The notes under the pieces were generated by a model that was not told the DNA's origin, ran no database searches, and was given only the letters and a program-made list of their open reading frames with translations. 21,654 nt of DNA, taken from contig JBDRLB010000071.1 of assembly GCA_043813365.1 (NCBI GenBank), positions 1 to 21,654 on the forward strand. The letters run 5' to 3'. The DNA comes from Candidatus Micrarchaeota archaeon (GTDB taxonomy: Archaea > Micrarchaeota > Micrarchaeia > Norongarragalinales > SBBD01). Numbering within the stretch: position 1 is the first letter of the stretch; each line of letters begins with the position of its first letter. Made by a program: the position numbers and the translations under genes. Of this stretch, positions 1 through 5,555 are shown one piece after another.

Positions 1-2
1 AG

Positions 3-353
3 CTTTTGAAGTACACATTGCTTTCATCGCCGCAATTGATGACCACTATTGGAAAGGCGTTGGGGCAGCTTCTGGGAGCAAAGGGAAAATTGCCCAAGCC
101 GATACCGCCGAATGCGAATTTGAAGGAGCTTGCGACAAGGACGAGCAAAACAATCAACATCAAGACGAAGGGCAAGTATTTGCCGGTATTGCACTGCATT
201 ATAGGGAAGGAGAGCATGACGAGCGAGCAGATAGCGGAGAACGTGCTCACGGTGCTGGAGGCGCTGAGGAAGAAGCTCGAGGATACCCAGATTGATGCGC
301 TTTACATAAAGCTGACGATGGGCAAGCCGTACAAGATCAGGTATGCAGCCTAA
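3..353 (+). CDS. rpl1: 50S ribosomal protein uL1, archaeal type (5'-truncated by window edge)
   Basis: Frame is open from base 3. It carries the motifs IGKALGQLLGAKGKLPKP, LHCIIGKESM...QIAENV and C-terminal LYIKLTMGKP typical of uL1, and lies directly upstream of rpl10 and rpl12. Confidence 0.95.
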   Translation, partial: LLKYTLLSSPQLMTTIGKALGQLLGAKGKLPKPIPPNANLKELATRTSKTINIKTKGKYLPVLHCIIGKESMTSEQIAENVLTVLEALRKKLEDTQIDALYIKLTMGKPYKIRYAA

Positions 354-369
354 AATGAAAATGATATTT

Positions 370-1287
370 ATGCCAATTTCAAAGCAAAAGAAAATTGAAG
401 TCGTGGGGCAGATGAAGGCCAAGCTCAAGCAGAGCAAAGTGGTAGCCATCGCGAGCGTGCAGAACCTCCCAACAAAGCACTACGATTCAATAAGGAAGAA
501 AATTCGGGGGAAGGCGGAAATATTCCTCACAAGGCAGACGCTCGTTGAGAGGGCGATAACTGAGGGAAGGCCAGAATTGAAGGAGCTAATACCGCTCATG
601 AAGGGAAGCTGCGCAATAATCTTTTCGGAAATTTCGGCTTTCAAATTGGCAAAATTGCTCAGGGAAAGCAAGAGCAAAACCTTCGCGAAAGCAGGGCAGA
701 TTGCGCCGAGTGACATCGTCATTCCTGCAGGGGAGACCAATTTGCCGCCGGGCCCGGTGCTGACGGAGCTGAAGCAGGCGAAAATAGAGGCGAAGATACA
801 GGGACCGAAAGTAGTAATTGCAAAGGATGCGACCGTTGCAAAGAAGGGCGAGCCTATTTCGGATGCGGTTGCGAAAATATTGACAAAGCTCTCAATCGAA
901 CCCATGGAAGTGGGGATGAAAATGAGGGCTGCTTATGAGGATGGGCTCATTTATGGGGAGGATGTGCTGGATATTGATGACAAGTTCTGGATGGATCAGC
1001 TGCTTCTTGCGCACCGGCAGGCGCTGAACCTCGCGGTTTCAAGGGAGATTTACAACAGATATTCTACGGAGCTGATAATCCAGAAAGCTGCAAGGGAGGC
1101 GAACGCGCTGAACAAAATGATTGAAGCCAAGGCGGGAGCGCCTGCAGCAAAGGCAGATGAGGCGCCTGCGGAAGAAAATGCGGGCAAGGAATCTCCGGAT
1201 GCTTCAGCGGATGCGCCAAAGCCGGAAGCAGAGGCTCCTAAAGCAGAAGGGGAGGCGCCGAAAGCGGAAACCGCCCCCAACGCATAA
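370..1287 (+). CDS. rpl10: 50S ribosomal protein uL10 (archaeal P0)
   Basis: P0 motifs AKAGQIAPSDIVIPAGETNLPPGP and LTKLSIEPMEVG, plus an Ala/Glu/Pro-rich tail. ATG 370 (MPISKQKK) is preferred over ATG 343, which overlaps rpl1. Operon context fits. Confidence 0.95.
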   Translation: MPISKQKKIEVVGQMKAKLKQSKVVAIASVQNLPTKHYDSIRKKIRGKAEIFLTRQTLVERAITEGRPELKELIPLMKGSCAIIFSEISAFKLAKLLRESKSKTFAKAGQIAPSDIVIPAGETNLPPGPVLTELKQAKIEAKIQGPKVVIAKDATVAKKGEPISDAVAKILTKLSIEPMEVGMKMRAAYEDGLIYGEDVLDIDDKFWMDQLLLAHRQALNLAVSREIYNRYSTELIIQKAAREANALNKMIEAKAGAPAAKADEAPAEENAGKESPDASADAPKPEAEAPKAEGEAPKAETAPNA

Positions 1288-1289
1288 CG

Positions 1290-1298
1290 TTTTATATT
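1290..1298 (+). promoter_or_regulatory. Possible TATA box of an internal rpl12 promoter
   Basis: TTTTATATT in the rpl10-rpl12 spacer, about 45 bp upstream of the rpl12 ATG. An AGGTG SD lies at 1328-1332. Confidence 0.3.
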
Positions 1299-1338
1299 CT
1301 TAATGGTAAAAAAATTGTCTTGAAAAAAGGTGTTTTGT

Positions 1339-1632
1339 ATGGAATATGTTTATGCAGCGCTGTTGCTTCACGCGAACAAGCAGCCCATAAATGAGGAGAA
1401 TGTCAAGAAGACCCTCTCAGCTGCAGGAGTATCTGCGGATGCCGCCAAAATAAAGTCGATGGTTTCTTCCCTGGAGGGAGTGAACATCGAGGAGGCGATA
1501 AAGCAGGCTGCTGTTGTTGCTGCCCCGGTTGCTTCGGGCGCTCCGGCTGCAAAGGCGGAGAAGAAGGACGAAGTGAGCGAGGAGAAGAAGGAGGAGGAGG
1601 CTGCTGCTGGGCTTGCATCTCTATTTGGCTGA
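1339..1632 (+). CDS. rpl12: 50S ribosomal stalk protein P1 (aP1/L12)
   Basis: Canonical N-terminus [11 protein letters not shown] and C-terminus [13 protein letters not shown]. The AGGTG SD lies 6 nt before ATG 1339. Confidence 0.97.
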   Translation: MEYVYAALLLHANKQPINEENVKKTLSAAGVSADAAKIKSMVSSLEGVNIEEAIKQAAVVAAPVASGAPAAKAEKKDEVSEEKKEEEAAAGLASLFG

Positions 1633-1658
1633 TTTGCCTTTCTTTTTCTTATTTTTTT
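1633..1658 (+). terminator. Oligo-T (archaeal intrinsic) terminator after rpl12
   Basis: tttgcctttctttttcttattttttt immediately follows the stop codon. Confidence 0.55.
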
Positions 1659-1667
1659 AATACTAGT

Positions 1668-1726
1668 GCCAACTAAAGGGGGTAGAGGCGACACGAGTAG
1701 GGGGAATATTCCCCCTAGCGGTGTCG
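1668..1726 (+). repeat. Palindromic dispersed repeat element, copy 1
   Basis: Perfect 20-bp palindrome TAGGGGGAATATTCCCCCTA (1698-1717) nested in CGACAC/GTGTCG arms (1689-1694, 1721-1726), preceded by GGGGTAGAGG. A related copy is inverted at ~15355-15440. Confidence 0.75.
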
Positions 1727-1732
1727 ATGGGG

Positions 1733-1810
1733 AAGGAGGAGGCTGCTGCGGGCTTGGCGTCGCTGTTCGGCTGATTTTTTCCTTTATTTTATTTTTAAAA
1801 ATAGCCAGTG
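1733..1810 (+). repeat. Diverged duplicate of the rpl12 3' end plus T-rich terminator (micro-ORF 1727-1774 [15 protein letters not shown])
   Basis: 1736-1774 encodes [12 protein letters not shown], identical to 1594-1632, with 8 synonymous nucleotide differences. It is followed by a similar T-tract and aatagccagtg versus aatactagtg. Confidence 0.85.
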
Positions 1811-1874
1811 GAAACTATTTGCCTGAGAAGGAATAAGAAAGAAAAGGAGGCTTTTGCCTCCGACCCAAAATTGC

Positions 1875-2075
1875 TTAACCGTGCTTCATCAGGTACATCT
1901 TCAGCCCGAGGAAGAGGAAGAGCATCGCAAAGGGCGGAAGGTAGTACGAGAGCGTGAAATTCACAGCCCCCCAGCCGTCAGTGCCGATAAGGTAACCCAG
2001 TCCGAGCAGCATCATTATGCCGTCGAGATACCAGTGGTCGCCGCAATTCATGCTGAATCCCTTGCCTTTTGCCAT
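1875..2075 (-). CDS. Small hypothetical membrane protein (2 hydrophobic segments)
   Basis: Hydrophobic stretches YLDGIMMLLGLGYLIG and YYLPPFAMLFLFLGL. A GGTGA SD precedes the ATG at 2075 (alternative start 2087). Confidence 0.65.
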   Translation of the reverse strand: MAKGKGFSMNCGDHWYLDGIMMLLGLGYLIGTDGWGAVNFTLSYYLPPFAMLFLFLGLKMYLMKHG

Positions 2076-2238
2076 CGAATCACCCATCTTCCAATAGGAT
2101 TGTGTCCTGCGGAAGGTGCATCATTCAATACGCAAAGCCCGGATTTAAACCTAATTACGCAACACGTGATGCACATAAGTGTAGGAAATTGGCGAACTTC
2201 GATATATAATTTATAACCCGCTCCCCCTAAACCTACTT

Positions 2239-2793
2239 ATGAAAACACCGACCGGAAGAGGATGGGCCAAATTCATCAGGGATGCGAAAAAAGCCAACGG
2301 CAGGGTACTTGTGGTTGTGCACCCATATTATTGGCAGATTACCAGGTATTTCGGCTATGGACACAAGCTCCGCAATCTTGTTGCCAAATCAAAAATCCCA
2401 GTCCTCATACTGGAGGAGGCGCATAAGGCCGAAGAGTCAGCTGCGCATTTCGGGGACAGGCCATATTTCCTATTGACAGGAAAGGGCAAAGCCACGCCCA
2501 AGGAAGGCTGGGGCCACATTGAAAGGCTATTCAAGGCAGCAGGGATAAAAGCAGCTTTCGTCGCAGGCCAGATGGCAAGCCATGCCGACCTGGCTGATGA
2601 TGAGCATACAAGGGCAATTTTGGATTATGAAAAGGCAAATGTTCCCCGCATGAGAAGGACAATTAATGACGAATGCGTGGGCTGGACGTATGCCGAACTG
2701 ATAAAAATGAAAATCCCAAAAGTCAGGCTCGTCCCGAAAGTGACGTTCCCCGATAAACCGGTTTATGGAAAAAGAAAAATGGAGGAAAAATAG
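2239..2793 (+). CDS. Hypothetical protein, possible distant isochorismatase/cysteine-hydrolase fold
   Basis: 184-aa ORF. TTTATAA box at 2210-2216 suggests a leaderless transcript. Motifs VLVVVHP, LFKAAGIKAAFVAG and DECV. Confidence 0.7.
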   Translation: MKTPTGRGWAKFIRDAKKANGRVLVVVHPYYWQITRYFGYGHKLRNLVAKSKIPVLILEEAHKAEESAAHFGDRPYFLLTGKGKATPKEGWGHIERLFKAAGIKAAFVAGQMASHADLADDEHTRAILDYEKANVPRMRRTINDECVGWTYAELIKMKIPKVRLVPKVTFPDKPVYGKRKMEEK

Positions 2794-3120
2794 TTACCTC
2801 TTCTGCGTCGCATCCTCTCTCATAATGAACTTCACAACCGCAAATATCACGATCGCCACCATCAGGAAGTCGATGAACGCCCCCATGAAATCGCCGTACT
2901 TTATCGCATTCGTTACCGTTCCATCCGATGCGGTTGAAAGCACTATCTGCCAGCTCTTCCAGTCCCCTCCCGGAGTCACCAATGAGATAATCGGCATAAC
3001 GAAATCATTTACCAGCGCTGTAACAAGCTTCCCTGCTGCGGCGCCCATTATGAATGCAACAGCCAGCCCCAGCACCTGGTACTTCTTCAGGAATTCCTTG
3101 AACTCAGCCATCATCTTCAT
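2794..3120 (-). CDS. mscL: Large-conductance mechanosensitive channel MscL
   Basis: EFKEFL...VLGLAVAFIMGAAAGKLVTALVNDFVMP and IKYGDFMGAFIDFLMVA signature motifs. Confidence 0.93.
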   Translation of the reverse strand: MKMMAEFKEFLKKYQVLGLAVAFIMGAAAGKLVTALVNDFVMPIISLVTPGGDWKSWQIVLSTASDGTVTNAIKYGDFMGAFIDFLMVAIVIFAVVKFIMREDATQKR

Positions 3121-3141
3121 ATTCCCACCCCAATAATTGCA

Positions 3142-3771
3142 TCAGCATTTAACCGTCCGGATCATGTACTCCATCAGCTCCAAATCCGGCGATAATGCTT
3201 GCGTGACCCCTCCCCTGAATACAAGCCAGTACGGCTTTTCGCCCTTGCTGCAGCTGATGAATGCAATTTTGATGAAAACACTCTGCCCCTCAATGATTGT
3301 TGACTCGTTCTTGAAATCAACGATGATTGCAGGGTTGCCGTTTATGGTTTCCTGCCGTATCTTTGCACCGGCATAATTCGCGTCGCTTAGAATAGTTTTT
3401 TCATCAATTTCAGATTTCTGCAAAATCAGGATGTCCTCAACCTCCGCATCCAAATTCGTCCCATAAGCGGCAAATCTGAGGTAGATGTCGGGTGGAATGT
3501 CCCGCACTGCAGAATAGCCTATAGGATAGCGCAGGCTGAAACCATAAGTCTGATCGTAGTAATCAATAGTTTTTGATTCGTATTTCTGCTTGAAAGCGGC
3601 ATCAAGATCAGCGCGCATTTCAGCCGGCTTTTTACCTAATATCACATATTGGTTAGAGGGGGTTGTCGTCCTCGCCTGATAGATGAAATAGATCCCTACA
3701 ACTGCAAGCGCTACAACAACCAATAGCAAAAATAAGCTGAAATCCGCCGAAGTCTTCTGCTTTGCTGCCAT
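3142..3771 (-). CDS. Membrane-anchored hypothetical protein with PsbP-like domain
   Basis: N-terminal TM (FSLFLLLVVVALAVVGIYFIY), YYDQTYGFSLRYP motif and ETINGNPA typical of PsbP-like folds. A GTGGTG SD precedes ATG 3771 (ORF extends to 3795). Confidence 0.7.
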   Translation of the reverse strand: MAAKQKTSADFSLFLLLVVVALAVVGIYFIYQARTTTPSNQYVILGKKPAEMRADLDAAFKQKYESKTIDYYDQTYGFSLRYPIGYSAVRDIPPDIYLRFAAYGTNLDAEVEDILILQKSEIDEKTILSDANYAGAKIRQETINGNPAIIVDFKNESTIIEGQSVFIKIAFISCSKGEKPYWLVFRGGVTQALSPDLELMEYMIRTVKC

Positions 3772-3863
3772 CTGCACCACGGAAATAACACTCATCCAGC
3801 CTTTAAAATCATATTTGATGAACCGCGGGAGGTAAAAAAATGGATTGGGGATATGATTTCCCG

Positions 3864-4151
3864 CTAAACGAACCCGCTTCTTATGATGGAAAAATTGGAG
3901 AATTTATTTTCAGCAGGTTTCCATTCCACTGCTACATGCTCAACCCGTATCATATCGTCCTTTATTGAAATTGCATTGATGAACTGCTTCAGCTCTTCCT
4001 CCTCCCCTTCCGCTACAACCTCAACAGTCCCGTCATCCAAATTCCTGACGAATCCGGTAATATTGAATTTTTTTGCAATTTGATAAACAGTGTACCGGTA
4101 GCCCACTCCTTGCACCTCCCCGGAAACAATTGCTTGCACCATTTTCCCCAT
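3864..4151 (-). CDS. acyP: Acylphosphatase
   Basis: VSGEVQGVGYR and GFVRNLDDGTVEVVAEG motifs. Likely start ATG 4151 (MGKMVQ) gives 95 aa, the typical size. Confidence 0.93.
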   Translation of the reverse strand: MGKMVQAIVSGEVQGVGYRYTVYQIAKKFNITGFVRNLDDGTVEVVAEGEEEELKQFINAISIKDDMIRVEHVAVEWKPAENKFSNFSIIRSGFV

Positions 4152-4180
4152 TATTTCCCCCACAACACTAATGATAAATG

Positions 4181-4190
4181 TTATAAATAA
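4181..4190. promoter_or_regulatory. Likely bidirectional TATA box between acyP and the divergent gene
   Basis: TTATAAATAA centred in a 68-bp spacer, about 30 bp from each start codon. Confidence 0.45.
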
Positions 4191-4219
4191 GGGATTGCAT
4201 CTGAATAGTGGTGACGCTA

Positions 4220-5554
4220 ATGCTCCCAACAGCCCGCAGAAGAGTTGAGGAATTCGCAGGAGAAAAACTTGAGAGGGATCAGCTCCATCCTGAAAAACTC
4301 CGGCTCCCTTCCTCCAGGACGCGTTGGGCGCCCCGTACCGGATTGCTGAATTTCCTAGGTATCGGAGGCCCACAGGCAAGCAGGGCAAACACTGAAGCCT
4401 TGACGGCATCGCACAGCGTTTTCAGGATACGGAACGAACATGCATTTTCAAACAGCCGCGAGCATTTCGTCGATGACCTGCACGCTCGAGAGGCAGCGGA
4501 AGCGGTTGCAGGCAATTCGCTTTACTTCCAAAGGATGGGCAGGAGGGAGGACAACCCCCACTGGCTCGATTATAGATACATAGCGGATCGTTTAATACGC
4601 GACCCGGACCTCTTCAGGAGGCAAATACGGGAGGATCTTCAGCAAAACCAGAACTCGAGATTGGGAAGGTTTTTCAGCTCATTCGGATTATTCCGGAACC
4701 GCATGACCGACAGGAAGGCGAACTCAATTTGGGATAAAAGACCGTCCGAAGTCAGCGGGGCGCTGCTAACGGTGTATGAGCAGAATGCAACAGCAAGGCG
4801 GATTTTGGATACGCTAAGAAGCATCCATACTGAAAGGGCGGACCGACAGCCGCCTACTGAACCGGAAGAAACTCCGAGGGAACCACCAGAACAGCCTCCC
4901 CAAGAACCCGAAAGGCGGCCCGAAACGCCCCAGCTATTTCCCGGTTCGCCCATCCACATCGACTTCAAGCCGCAGATAATCAATTCGCCCGACAACAGGA
5001 ATAGGAATGACAATTACAGCCCGATAGACAACCGATTCAAGAACGATTTCAGCAGGAAAACGGACAGCAGCGACAGGCGCACGCAAAGCCCCTTCCCTAG
5101 GGGGTTCATGACGGAATTGGGCAAAATCGCTAGATACAGGCCCCGACAGGCTCCGATCAAGGTGATTAAGTCTGGAGGCAGCATCAGCAAGGCGCAGTGG
5201 GATCAGCTGTTCAAGCTGATGAAACAAAGGCAGGCGGCGCCAAAATCTGCTGGTAGGTCAACAAGAGGAGGAGTAACGCAAAAAATGGAACTCATACAGG
5301 TATTTGGCGCGTCAAAGGCAGCTGGCCGCAAACCTACCCCGACCGAAATAGACAAAATTGCGGCTTCGCTCAGGAAAAAGCTCCCATCGGTGAAACTCGT
5401 GCGGGTTACGGCTGCAAAACGTGCGCAAGCACCGACCTATAAGATTCCAACCATAAAAGGAAAAGGCACGCCCAGGCTAAAGAAAGTAGGCAACCAATGG
5501 GTTTTGACCTTTGCGGTAACTGGCAAGGCTGTTTTGGGAAACAGGAAAAAATAA
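4220..5554 (+). CDS. Hypothetical basic protein (Arg-rich N-part, Pro/Glu linker, Lys-rich C-part)
   Basis: Long ORF with GGTGA SD (4210-4214) before ATG 4220. No family recognised. Confidence 0.8.
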   Translation: MLPTARRRVEEFAGEKLERDQLHPEKLRLPSSRTRWAPRTGLLNFLGIGGPQASRANTEALTASHSVFRIRNEHAFSNSREHFVDDLHAREAAEAVAGNSLYFQRMGRREDNPHWLDYRYIADRLIRDPDLFRRQIREDLQQNQNSRLGRFFSSFGLFRNRMTDRKANSIWDKRPSEVSGALLTVYEQNATARRILDTLRSIHTERADRQPPTEPEETPREPPEQPPQEPERRPETPQLFPGSPIHIDFKPQIINSPDNRNRNDNYSPIDNRFKNDFSRKTDSSDRRTQSPFPRGFMTELGKIARYRPRQAPIKVIKSGGSISKAQWDQLFKLMKQRQAAPKSAGRSTRGGVTQKMELIQVFGASKAAGRKPTPTEIDKIAASLRKKLPSVKLVRVTAAKRAQAPTYKIPTIKGKGTPRLKKVGNQWVLTFAVTGKAVLGNRKK

Positions 5555-5555
5555 C

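Noticed and set aside
1680..1730. tRNA or other known structural RNA
   Set aside because: A single long hairpin without cloverleaf, T-loop or D-loop consensus. No tRNA or rRNA was recognised anywhere in the window.
1591..1774. Diversity-generating retroelement TR/VR pair with hairpin
   Set aside because: The mismatches are not adenine-specific on either strand (they include G/C and C/T changes), all are synonymous, and no reverse transcriptase is in the window.
1854..2216. 120-aa plus-strand ORF
   Set aside because: TTG start, no motif, antisense to a more plausible membrane-protein gene that has an SD, and it runs through promoter sequence.
4152..4409. N-terminal extension of acylphosphatase in the ORF track
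   Set aside because: It overlaps the divergent gene and the TATA spacer. The family domain starts at ATG 4151.
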